Shown: in pieces, positions 50,120 to 61,462 of the stretch | Position numbering within the stretch: the stretch's first letter is position 1 | Layout of the letters: every line of letters begins with the position of its first letter | From: Squalus acanthias | Taxonomy: Eukaryota | Assembly (NCBI GenBank): GCA_030390025.1 | Contig: CM059431.1 | Location: 132,930,001 to 132,994,000, forward strand | Direction of reading: 5' to 3' | Length of the DNA: 64,000 nt | Translations under genes and position numbers: made by a program | The notes under the pieces: model-generated | Databases searched by the model: none | Told to the model about the DNA's origin: nothing | What the model saw: the letters and a program-made list of their open reading frames with translations, nothing else

Positions 50120-50552
50120 GCTCTAGTTTACAGTCAGCAGCGTTACTGGCCTGGGTTTCATGGCAGCAAGTAGGAAGAGCAGGAGTATCTTTTGTACTCA
50201 GCGCTTCGCTTCTTCAGGCTCAGCCTAAAATTGCTTCACTCATACAGCATTTGTTCAGAACTGACCACCAGGTTTGTCCGTATGAACCTACCAAGCACAC
50301 AGAACGGATCCTATTGGCAAAGAGGGAGCCAGAGTGGTGCAGAGTACAGTGAGTAGATTTTTGAAACTCGTGTCATATGGAGATCTCACTATCTTACTCC
50401 TGTGCAACTTCCCCAGTCTGGTGCCAACTTTAAAATGAGAAAAAAGTGCAAGTTCATTTTTTTATTGTACTAAGGTTGCTGTTGGCTGCAAAGAAGATAG
50501 CTGCACCTTTTATGTCATTTATTACCAGTATTGGGATGTAAGGAGTGAGCCT

Positions 50553-50747
50553 TTGGCTCAGTGGTAGCATTCCCACATTTGAGTGGAGGGTTTGAGCCCC
50601 ACTCCAGATGACCTTGGTGAGTGGAGACTAGAATGCAGTCTCTAAATACTGGGTTAACATCCAAAGGATTATTTGTGTCCAGCTAGAGTGACCACAGGCT
50701 CAGTGGTAGTATTCGTGCCTCTGAGTCAGAAGAGTTGGGTTTGGGAC
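50553..50747 (+). mobile_element. Two tRNA-derived SINE heads (SacSINE1-like, from memory)
   Basis: GGCTCAGTGGTAG A-boxes at ~50555 and ~50697; GCCTCTGAGTCAGAAG; degenerate B-boxes. Confidence 0.5.
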
Positions 50748-50884
50748 CAATGTTCCCTCTAATTTTTTTGTGTGCGGTCCCTTTAAATTTGCTGCGCAGT
50801 ATCTTCCAGTGGCAACAGCTTGTGAGCGGCCTGTGCGGGACCTCCCGATTGATGCGCGCCACGCGCACCTTCGAGGGAACATTG
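50748..50884. mobile_element. hAT-superfamily MITE (137 bp)
   Basis: TIR CAATGTTCCCTC / GAGGGAACATTG; perfect 8-bp TSD TTTGGGAC (50740-50747, 50885-50892). Confidence 0.93.
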
Positions 50885-53421
50885 TTTGGGACCCATTCCA
50901 GGAAGCTCCCAGCGAATGGAGACCGGATGCCAGCTCTGAATACTGTGTTGACATCCGACGTCCACTTGTGTCTGACGGGTGTGGGTGGCCCTGTTCACAT
51001 AAGTATGGATGGGTTGCAGCCCTCTTAGGAGAAGGTCGTACAAAGCTAAAAACCATGAGGAAGGTAACAGGGAACCTACTCTTCCCTAGTAAGTGGCTGA
51101 TGATCTCATGCGTGAGACTTGATTTAGGATCTGCCCGAGGGCAGAACACCACAGGTGGACAGTTGGATTTGGGTGTAAAATGATAGAAATTGATTAAAAG
51201 ATCTCCCTTTGAACATAATTATATCCCGACTCTAGATGTGGAGGATGCTAGATATAAATGTCATAAGTGGCAATTTGTTTAGGTGGGTGAACTAGGATTT
51301 GACGGTCCTGCAAAAATGCTTTCAATCTCTGGTACAATGGTTTTCTGCTGCTGGAAGTCAAAGACTATTTTCATATTTAAATTTATCACCAACAATATTC
51401 AGGCATCTTACATCTTAAATGAGGAATATTGTTGACAGACGAGGGAAGAAAAGCCATCTAGCTCAGCACATACAGGAAGCTGCCTGATTTGAAAAAAGTT
51501 TTAAATAATGAGTTAAGATAAAGGAGGAGTTATTCTGTAACTGGTGTGAAATAGAAATGATGTGGCTCCACGATTTGGAAGTGATTCATCCACTGATTCA
51601 TCCCCTACCACAACTTTATACTGCTTTTTTTGGCACTGAAGCATTGACTCAGAGTATTAGGCTTCATATATATTAAATGTCATTCATTTGCTAGTTCCTT
51701 TTGAAGGAAGATTTATACCCCTCCCCCACCTCATTCTTGAAACCTTTGTTCACTCCCTGCTTGTTTATGATGTCACTAGTAACAGTTCATTTTAAATAAT
51801 AAAATAACAGAATGTGAAATCCCTGTGTTTACTAAGTGCAAATAAATAAACTTATTGTGCACCTAAAGAAATGTGAATTAGTTGTGCTGTGCTTGTTGGG
51901 GTCTAAAGCTCCGGCATCTGATTCTCAGCCACTGGTTGCAGCTGGCCTACCTCTTGCTGTGTGCTGCCAATCGCTTGGAATGGCGCTTTTTTTGTTAGAA
52001 TAGAACAAATCTGGGCTAATGTGACCATCATAAAGAGTCCTGGGGAGCCAAACTCCTCATTCTCCCTCTATTATTTCTGTTTTTTCTGCTCCTGCACTTT
52101 GGATAATTGCAGTTTAATTGGGTGACAAGAAATGAAAACTGTGTCCACATTATCCAGGATTATCTCTTTTTCCTGAAGGCTGCCACCGAATCAAAGGAAC
52201 CCATTTATCAGACCAAATAGTTGTGCCTCAGCCCGTCTTAGGAGCTGAGAAGAGTGTGAGAACAAGCTGGCAAGGATCATGTGAAGAAAAAAAGAGAGAC
52301 AGGGCTGACAACTGAGGAAAAATTATATGTGCTGCTTATCATGAAGCCCATTTATCTAATTCTTTGCAGCTTGATATGGAAGCTTTTGATTGTCATGCAG
52401 CAAACAAACCCCTAGTTCCAGCCGATGAGGGATGAACACTGCTTCACTGCACTTCCTAAAGTTGCTCTGCTCTAGTACACCCACCCGTTATGTGTGGACT
52501 GAATGTTACTTTAAAAGCCTCTTTCAAGCTGAATGAATACATTTCATTTTACCAAGAAGAACCTTGTATTGATAGTAGGAGAAAGGAACGTTGCTTAGAA
52601 AGGAAGGGGAAACAATGAAGACAAAAATGAAGAGCTTTCACTTTCCATTATGAACATGTTGCTCTATTCTTCTCAGCTGTTTATACATTCCCAGCACAAT
52701 AATGCCTTTTTGCCAGTAATATGTTTCCCTTTTTACACTATTCATAATGAAAAAGCCCTCACATCATGACCATGGTAATAAGTACTAGAGAAATGTGGGC
52801 ATGATGTTGATTTGCGTTCTGTGAGAAGATCAAGGTAAATTTAAAGGCCAAAGCATATGCTGCTAATGTTCATCCGTCTTCTCACAGATGCAGGTAATAA
52901 AAAGGACCTTGTCACTGCGCTGCATACCCTTTCAATTTTCATTGCTTTGTGTGCATATTGTGGACTAATGCATTGATTCTTTTTAAATAGAAAGAGCAGT
53001 CTTTGAAATTATCTGCTGCACTCAAATCCCTTGTTGCACAATGAGTACTCAGAAGTGGCTTCAATTCAAGCAGGAATGGAAGCTTCAGTTGGTGAGCACA
53101 ATGTGCACAAACGTCACAAAGAATGCTGAATTCTTGTTCAAGAAAAATGACTCTATTTATGTGATATTTACTTATAAACAAAATCTAAACTCGGGGAGTA
53201 AGCAATGCATCATTGTCTTTTCTGAAGAACTGGCAAAGTTTATTTATTTTTAATTAAAGAATAAATGGAAAGTTTCTGAGCTCCAACACCACAGCCAAAT
53301 TCATTTAAAACAAACCAGTTGTGAGTAAACATGGGCAAATCTGCACCAAGTACCATGCAGTGGTCTTAGTTTTAATCTGGAGCTGCTTCTGTTACGTGCA
53401 ACTCCAGCTGTAAAAAGCTTT

Positions 53422-53718
53422 GGGGGTGAAATTAGTCTTCGGCAAAAGCGTGGAATGGGTGACTGCGAATCGGCAGCCCGTTTTACACAGCACCTGATCT
53501 TATTTTCCATTTGGAAAAGAAAATCGAGCAATGGAAATGAAAATTGGACGGGATGCAAAAAGGTCTGCCGACTCGCTAAGTTCACCCCCTTTATTAAGCT
53601 GGGGAGAAATTTGTCTTGGGCGATAGTCAATGAAACAGAAAATCGGGTGGCGTGTAAAATGGGCTGCCAATGAAATATCGCCCATTTTGCACTACACTTC
53701 AAGATGAAATTCACCCAC
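53422..53718. mobile_element. Two adjacent related fold-back MITEs (~53422-53589 and ~53600-53718)
   Basis: Each begins GGGG(T/A)GAAATT(A/T)GTCTT and ends TTCACCC. Confidence 0.65.
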
Positions 53719-53825
53719 GTTAAGTATAGTTGGATTCAGCTGTACAGTATTTGGCAACAAGGAAATTGTCCTGTTTTATAGATATGACATCTTAGAAATG
53801 GTTATGTAGAGATTAATAACTGAAG

Positions 53826-54342
53826 TCATAGAGTCATAATGGCACAGAAGGAGGCCATTCGGCCCATCGAGTCCGTGCCAGCTCTCTGTATAGCAATCCA
53901 GTCAGTCCCATTCCCCCGCTCTATCCCCGTAACCCTGCAAGTTTATTTCCCTCAAGTGCCTATCCAGTCTCCCCTTGAAAACATTGAGTGGCTCCGCTTC
54001 CACCACTTCCGTCGGCAGCGAGTTCCAGGTCCTCACCACTCGCTGCGTAAAAAAGTTTTTCCTCACAACCCCCCTGTATCTCTTGCCCAAAACCTTAAAT
54101 CTGCGTCCCCTAGTCCTTGTACCATCAACTAGTGGGAACAGCCTTTCCCCGTCTAGCCTATTCAAACCCGTCATAATCTTGTACACCTCTATCAAATCAC
54201 CCCTCAACCTCCCTTGCTCTAATGAAAACAAATCCAGCTTCTCCAACCTGTCCTTGTAGCTAAGATCCCCCATCCCCGGAACCATTCTGGTAAATCTCCT
54301 CTGCACCCTCTCAAGGGCCTTCACATCCTTCCTAAAGTGTGT
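53826..54342 (-). mobile_element. CR1 LINE 3' fragment
   Basis: ALERVQRRFTRMVPG...FFTQRVVRTWNSLP; AGTCATAG tail. Confidence 0.95.
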
Positions 54343-55176
54343 TATAAGGGAGCCTCAAGATTATTGTATGATGTTATTGCAGGTGTATTATGATCAGCTA
54401 TTTGTTCGTATCTCCTAACAAACTCTTTCTTGCAGGAATTGCACATTTGAATTGTGTGTTTCTAAGATTTTGTTAGCACTTCATGAATAGTGAAAAAAGC
54501 AGACCTCTCACATTCATGATGCAAAGAGAAATTTCTGTTTTACACCTGTAGAACAACCTGCGCACAGGTGCATCAGTACATACTTTTCATCACAATACAA
54601 TATGGTTCAAAACATCAAGCTTCATAATTAGCTAGAACAAGCAATGATAAATATTTGAAACAAAAAATACACGTTTTTTACTATCAATAGATCTGCAATC
54701 TTCAAAAAATACACATCTTCATACCAACCTTCTCCCCTAAAATAACTCAGAAAAGGGTAAATCATATATTGCAGATGGACAGGATCCTAAAAGAAATTAT
54801 ACTAAACTGGATAGCTCATCCCTAAATGTTTCAAGCATCAGTAAACTCATGGCATTTAATGTGTTGCATTTTACTACAAGTGAGTCCTCGGTGCAGCATA
54901 ATCCAAAGTGGAAGGCTATCCAACAGAAATACTGCATTAGTCTGCTTGGGCTGCTGGTCAGATTCGTACATTTCTTCAAGCCATGATTTGATTTCCACGT
55001 AACCTTTCAGTCATTCACATGCATGCCTGCAAGAGACTTCCAATTTGCTAGGAGCTGTTGGTGCAGGATGCTGTACTGCTCTTTGGAATATTAAGAATGC
55101 TGGTGTGCCATTTGGAATATGCATTGTGACTTTATTTATTTGTCCAAATGCGTAGTCTCTAATTTGAAATTCTCTG

Positions 55177-55368
55177 ACCCCCAAAAGGCTGTGGATGCTG
55201 GGGCATTTGGAGCTTTCAAGACTGAGATTGATAGATTTTTGTTAGGTAGGGGTATCAAGGCATATGGAGCTAAGGCGGGTAAATGGAGTTTACAGATCAG
55301 CCATGATCTAATTGAATGGTGGAGCAGGCTCGAGGGGCTGAATGGCCTACTCCTTTTCCTATGTTCCT
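55177..55368 (+). mobile_element. CR1 LINE 3' end
   Basis: PQKAVDA...FKTEIDRFL; GATCAGCCATGATC...GCAGGCTCGAGGGGC 3' UTR. Confidence 0.85.
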
Positions 55369-55826
55369 ACAATATATGAGTAATTTGAGACATTACGGCT
55401 GAGAAATTTGGCTCCGTAGTGTCTGGTTTTTCGGCTATGCCGGACGCCATTTTGGGTAGGTCATTAGCATGGGCGCTGGGAGTGTGTGCCGGAAGTGTGC
55501 AGAGTAGGCAGATTGTGACATCAGTCAGCGTGTAACGCTGATTTGACACCAGCGCTGCCATTTTTGACCTCAACGTTCCAGCTAACGCCCTCTCTTAAAC
55601 ACACACAGCTGAACGTATGTTCAGCAGCAGGAAGGACCCCCCATCAGCACTATATAAAGGGATCATCAACTGCTTTCATGTTAGTTGCTGATTGATTTCT
55701 ACTGGCTGTTGGTGAGTTTGTAGAAGTGTTTGATGGTTTGTTATCTTATTTGAAGTTGCTAAAGTCTCCAGGGAGTGGTACAGCAGGCTACTTCAAGGCT
55801 TTTGTTCCAACCAGTTACTCCCAGAC

Positions 55827-56946
55827 ATGGGTGCAGTAGTTTGTATCTCCCTTGACCTGCAGCATGACCGGAAGAATAAGCAGAGGCGACACAGAGCAGG
55901 ACAAGATGCTCAAAGAGGGAGGAGGAGGAGGGGGAGAAGCGGCTCTCAGCAGGAGGCCATATCCATCCAGGGTAAACAGGGAGCAAGTCTCCTATCTCAA
56001 CCTCAGCGAGAACAGTGTATGCGACGTGTTCGCTTCACCAAGGAAGTGCTCACTGAAATCTGCCACCTGTTGCAGGCAGAACTGCAGCCTCGGAGCAGGC
56101 CGAGGGCGGCATTGTCAGTGGCTGTGAAGGTGAACCAGAGGCCATGAAATTTTATGCGTTGGACTCCTTCCAGGCTGGAGCAGGTGATATTTCCAACGTC
56201 TCCCAGTTTGCTGTGCATTATTGCCTAAGGGAGGTCACTGAGGCTCTGTATGCAAAGAGAGCTGAATACATTTCATTCTCTCTGGCCAGCGAGAAGCAGG
56301 TGGAGCGATCACGCAGCTTCACCAGGATAGCAGGCTTCCCCATGGTGCAGGGTGCCATTGACTGCACACATGTCGCTCTGCGGGAGCTGCATGTCAATTC
56401 TGAGATGTACCGCAACCGGAAGGGATTCCAATCCCTCAAAGTCCAGCTGGTGTGACGACCATACTCAGCGCATCATGCAGGTCAATGCCCGGTATCCTGG
56501 CAGCAGCCATGATGCCTTCATTATGCAGCAGTCCGCTGTACCATCCGCATTTGAGCGATCACGACAAACCAGAGGGTGGCTACTGGGTGACAAGGGCTAT
56601 CCGCTGACCATCTGGCTTGTGACTCTGTTGCGCAACCCAAGCACACGTGGGCAGCATGCATCTAATGAAAGCCATGCTGCCACATGGAATGTCACTGAGC
56701 AGACCATTGGGGTGCTTAAACAATGTTTCTGCTGCCTGGACCGCCAGATCGCATCCCAAGATATGTCGTGGTCTGCTGCATGCTGGGCAACCTCAGCATC
56801 ATGAGGGTACAGCCCTTGCCACCAGGCATATGGCGAAAAGCTGAAGAGGAAGAGGAGGAGGAGGAGAAAGAAGGGAGGAGGCAACCAACACAGCCCCTTT
56901 CTGGCGGGCTGCACGTGATCGACTCATCTGACTGTGGTACCAGTGA
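55827..56946 (+). pseudogene. Harbinger DDE transposase with several frameshifts
   Basis: RRPYPSRV, GAIDCTH, YPGSSHDAF, LLGDKGY, VTEQTIGVLKQ, poly-Glu. Confidence 0.92.
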
Positions 56947-57129
56947 ACGCAACCCCAATTCCCCATTCACCAACAGTCCCACACCTTACTTTCCCTCTGT
57001 TACTGACCATCACAGCATCCTCTTGGCCACAATGCTGAAATAAAAGCCACCAGAAAATAAACATTCCAACCAACTTTATAAATCAAACCATCCACTATTA
57101 CATACCAAAGTCAACTAATCACCCTTGTG

Positions 57130-59390
57130 CATTCCCTTAGTGCCTGTCTTCCATGTGCCTTTGCCTATCCTAGTGCTCTGACTGCAGCATGGCTGGTGGA
57201 AGGCTGCTGACTTTCAGTGAGGGAGACTGCAGATGGCCTTGCAGGACGACCTCGAGCAGCTCTGGGTCTGGAAGGTCCAGCTTCAGACTGCACCACCTCG
57301 GCATGGGCGGCAGCAGTCTGGTCTGGCTGGCTGACAGGCAAAAGCAAAGGCACTGATGGAGTGGCAGTGGTGGGAGGACGAATGCTGTCATCCTGAGAGA
57401 GGACAGTAGGTTTGTGCTCCATGGAGCCAGTGGCACTCCCCCGGGCGGCATCTCAGCAATCCTAGTAATCTGTCAGAGGACAGATTGCTGGACTGCTGTG
57501 ACACCCTGCAAGACCTTTCAACACAGGATGGCAGCGGTCTGAGCTTGCGTGGCAGCAAGCTGAACTTGCTTGACACAAGTATAAGCTTCCACTGCAGCAC
57601 CCAAACATTGGGTGGCTTCTACTTGTACTGCAGTGGAAGCTGAGACATCGGCCATTAGACGCTGCATCATGGTTGGGTCCACAAGTGCGCTAATGGAATT
57701 GGTCATCACTTCCACGCTGGAAAAGATGGACTCCAAGCTCTGTGCAATGCCCTGTGCAAGGTTGATGCCAGACTCCTCCATGCTCCTTGACATTGCATTC
57801 AGGTATTCTGGCAGGCCTGCCAATGCACCAAGCATTTCATTGTGCATACCCATCAGCCTTCTTCTGTAGGCCACCCCATCGAGAACCTCATCTGAGTCCT
57901 CTGCAGCAGAATCCGTGTGCGACCTCTCCCTCCAAGGAGTTGCCACCTGCATTACCCTTTCCCCCTGCCCAGGTTGCAGGCCACTCATGCCTGGTGTCTC
58001 ACCACGTGCAGATCCCGTGTCTAACCTATCCTCTAAAGTACGCAGAGTGTCAGTATCTGAGCCGGTGGCTGCGAGTGTGAAATCGAGTGACGGTGCATCT
58101 TCAGCATCACTGCCTTCTTCCTCTTCCAGTTCTTGCTTTTCCACCACGGGCAACACGGTGGCATAGTGGTTAGCACTGGTGCCTCACAGCGCCAGGGACC
58201 CGGGTTCGAATCTGGCCTCGGGTGACTGTCTGTGTGGAGTTTGCACATTCTCCCCGTGTCTGCGTGGGTTTCCTCCGGGTGCTCCGGTTTCCTCCCACAG
58301 TCCAAAAATGTGCGGGTTAGGTTGATTTGGCTATGATAAATTGACCCTTAGTGTTAGGGGGGGGATTAAATATGTGGGGTTACGGGGATAGGATAGGAAG
58401 GGATATGTTAGGGGGAATTAAATACGTGGGGTTACGGGGATAGGGTGGGATATGTGTCGGTGCAGGCTCGATGGGGATTCTGTGTGAGAAAGCAGGGACA
58501 GGGTACTGGATTTGGATGATCAGCCATGATCGTATTGAATGGTGGAGCAGGCTCGACGGGCCGAATGGCCTACTCCTGCTCCTAGTTTCTATGTTTCTAT
58601 GTTTATGCCTGGCCAGGTTGCAGCTCTTGGTTATCTGAAAGGAGAAAGGCACAAGGGTAAGGTTGCAGTAAGGCGGGGGGAAGGGAGGGTGGGGGTGCAG
58701 AAAGCAAGAGGTGCATGTTTACACCATCTGCAGCTTGTAAATCAGAAGAGATGTTGGGATGAGGAGAATGGGATGTGAGAAGGAGGATTAGGTATGCGAA
58801 TACCATCATCTTCGATTGTTTCAGCCCCGCTGCTGACCACGGGGTCAGTGATGGCCGCTCCAATTATCTCCAGCACCATCTCCTCCATGAGGGTTAGGTC
58901 ATGCAGGCATGCCTGTCTCCCTGTGGGTAGCCCCTGCTGCCTCTGGTTATGAGCCACCTTATCCTGCAAGAGAGAGGGAAGTGTGTCAGTGAGTGTGGTG
59001 CAATGTGTTTGAGTGATGGGGCTGTCATGGTTGAATAGCTGGCAGTGTGTGCAAGATGTGGGTATGAGGCTTACAGCAGTGCTTAGTGTGTGAGGGTGAG
59101 GTGAAGGTATGAGTTGTGATTGATAGAGATTGTTGGTAGGTGAGTGAAGAGGGGGCGGTGGTGAATTGAACAGTTTCTGAGGCACTGCATCCAGGTTCTC
59201 GGGGCTACACTGCTGGCATTGACCGCGACGGCTATCTGCTCCTATTGCCTTCTCACAGTTTGTCTGGAGGGCCTTCTGGCCCTCTGTGAATGGAGGATAT
59301 ATCTCTTCCTGTCCACCTCTTGCACTAAGGGCTGCAGTGCTGTGTCTGAGAACCTTGGAGCATGCTCTCTGCCCTGTTGCACCATTAGTC
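57130..59390 (-). pseudogene. Harbinger Myb-like partner gene (exons ~59390-59190, 58963-58804, 58634-~57130)
   Basis: APRFSDTALQPLVQEVDRK; TTGCAG|DKVAHNQRQ; TTTCAG acceptor; C-terminal RAARGRPARP. Confidence 0.8.
58148..58605 (+). mobile_element. tRNA-derived V-SINE (HE1-like) with a CR1 3' tail
   Basis: A-box TGGCATAGTGG, B-box GTTCGAATC, V-domain GGAGTTTGCACATTCTCCCCGTGTCTGCGTGGGTTTCCTCCGGGTGCTCCGGTTTCCTCCCACA; tail matches 15953-16069. Confidence 0.9.
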
Positions 59391-59715
59391 AGTGTTGTTC
59401 CTGCTCAGAATATCTTCCCCAGCCACTTCCAGCAACTGCTGCAACCAGAATGCACCTCCCTTTTAAAAGGTGCAGGCTGCCTTTATGTAGTGCAGGCTAG
59501 CTTTAAGTGGTGCTAACCTTGCATGGACTTGGGCCCCCTGCTGAGATATGCAGCCACTCAACAGCACATCAATGCTGGGCTGCACGCTACTATCATTTAA
59601 ATTAGAAGGCAGCCCAAAGTTTGCGTGCTGCCTCCATCGGAAGGAACAGACCATTAACCCGCGCCCATTTTTGGGCCTTGTCCAATTTCTAGGCCTACAT
59701 GCGGTAAGGAAATAG

Positions 59716-59796
59716 TAGCATAGTGGATGATGTTACTGGACTAGTAATCCAGAGGCCTGGACTAATGATCCAGAAACGTGAGTTCAAATCCCACCA
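59716..59796 (+). promoter_or_regulatory. tRNA-derived Pol III-type head (A-box 59716-59726, B-box 59782-59790)
   Basis: TAGCATAGTGG...CTGGA-CTAGTAA-TCCAG...GTTCAAATCCCACCA. Confidence 0.7.
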
Positions 59797-61462
59797 CGGC
59801 AGCTGGGGAATTTAAATGCAGTTAATTAAATAAATCTGTAATAAAAAACTAGTATCAGTAATGGTGACCATGAAACTATCGGATTGTTGTAAAACCCTAT
59901 CTGGTTCACTAATGTCCATTACCTGGTCTGGCCTATATGTGACTCCAGACCCACAGCAATGTGGTTAACTCTTAACTTCCCTCTGAATTGGCCGAGCAAG
60001 CCGCAAGCCACTCAGTTGTACGCAACCGCTATGAAAAACCATAATAAGGATAAAACCGGACGGACCACCCGGCACTGGCTATGGACATGACAATGGCACA
60101 CCCAGCCCAGTCGACCCTGCAAAGTGCTCCTCACAAACATATCTGGGGACATGTGCCAAAATTGGGAGAGCTGTCACACAGTCTAGTCAAGCAACAGCCT
60201 GACTGACATAGTCATACTCACAGAATGATATCTTTCAGCCAATGTCCCAAACTCCTTGATCACCATCCCTGGGTTTTTCCTATCCCACCAGGCAGGACTA
60301 GTCCCACCAGAGAGGTGGTGGCACAGCGGTATACAGTCGAGAGGGAGTGGCCCTGGGAGTCCTCAACATTGGCTCCGGACATGAAGTCTCATGGCTTCAG
60401 GTCAAACATGGGCAAGGAATCCTCCTGCTGATTACCACCTACCGCCCTCCCTCAGCTGATGAATCAGTACTCCTCCATGTTGAACACCACTTGGAAGAAG
60501 CACTGAGAGTAGCAACGGCACAGAATGTACTCTGGGTGGGGGACTTCAATGTCCATCACCAAGAGTGGCTCGGTAGCAGCACTACTGGCTGAGCCTTGAA
60601 GGACATAGCTGCCAGTCTGGGCCTGTGACACGAAAACGAGGGAAAAACCTACTGGACCTTGTCCTCACCAATCTACCTGTCGTAGATGTATCTGTCCATG
60701 ACAACATTGGTAGCAGTGACCACCACACAGTGGAGATAAAGTCCCACCTTCACACTGAGGACACCCTCCATCATGTTGTGTGACACTACCACCGTGCTAA
60801 ATGGGATAGATACAGAACAGATCTAGCAGCTCAAAATTGGGCATCCATGAGGTGCTGTGGGCCATCAGCAGCAGCAGAATTGTATTCCACCACAATCTGT
60901 AACCTCATGGCCCGGCATATCCTTCACTCTAACATTACCATTAAGCCAGGGGACCAACCCTGGTTCAATAAGGAGTGTAGAAGAGCATGCCAGGAGCAGC
61001 ACCAGGTGTACCTAAAAATGAGGTGCCAACCTGGGGAAGCTGCAACACAGGACTATGTGCCTGCTAAAAAGCGGAAGCAGCATGCTATAGACAGGGCTAA
61101 GAGATCCCACAATCAATGGATCAGATCAAAGCTCTGCAGTCCTGCCACATCCAGTTGTGAATGGTGGTGGACCATTAAACAACTAACGGGAGGAGGAGGC
61201 TCCATGAATATCCCCATCCTCAATGATGGAGGAGCCCAGCACGTGAGCGCAAAAGACAAGGCTGAAGCGTTTGCAACCATCTTCAGCCAGAAGTGCTGAG
61301 TGGATGATCCATATCGGCCTCCTCCTGAGGTCCCCACCATCACAGAAGCCAGTCTTCAGCCAATTCAATTCCCTCCATGTGATATCAAGAAACAGCTGAG
61401 CGCACTGGATACAGCAAAGGCTATGGGCCCCGACAACATCCCGGCTGTCGTGCTGAAGACTT

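Larger units (their letters stand above)
55397..59695. mobile_element. Two-gene PIF/Harbinger transposon (element H), defective
   Basis: TIRs GGCTGAGAAATT / AATTTCTAGGCC, TSD TAC; convergent genes. Confidence 0.9.

Noticed and set aside
51200..53400. Repeat-poor stretch that might hold conserved enhancers (13330-14900 is similar)
   Set aside because: Cannot be supported without cross-species alignment.
54770..54990. Open frame of ~70 codons after a CAG
   Set aside because: No recognisable domain, weak polypyrimidine tract and no partner exons.
58148..58220. Functional tRNA gene
   Set aside because: It continues directly into a V-SINE core and a CR1 tail, so it is a SINE head.
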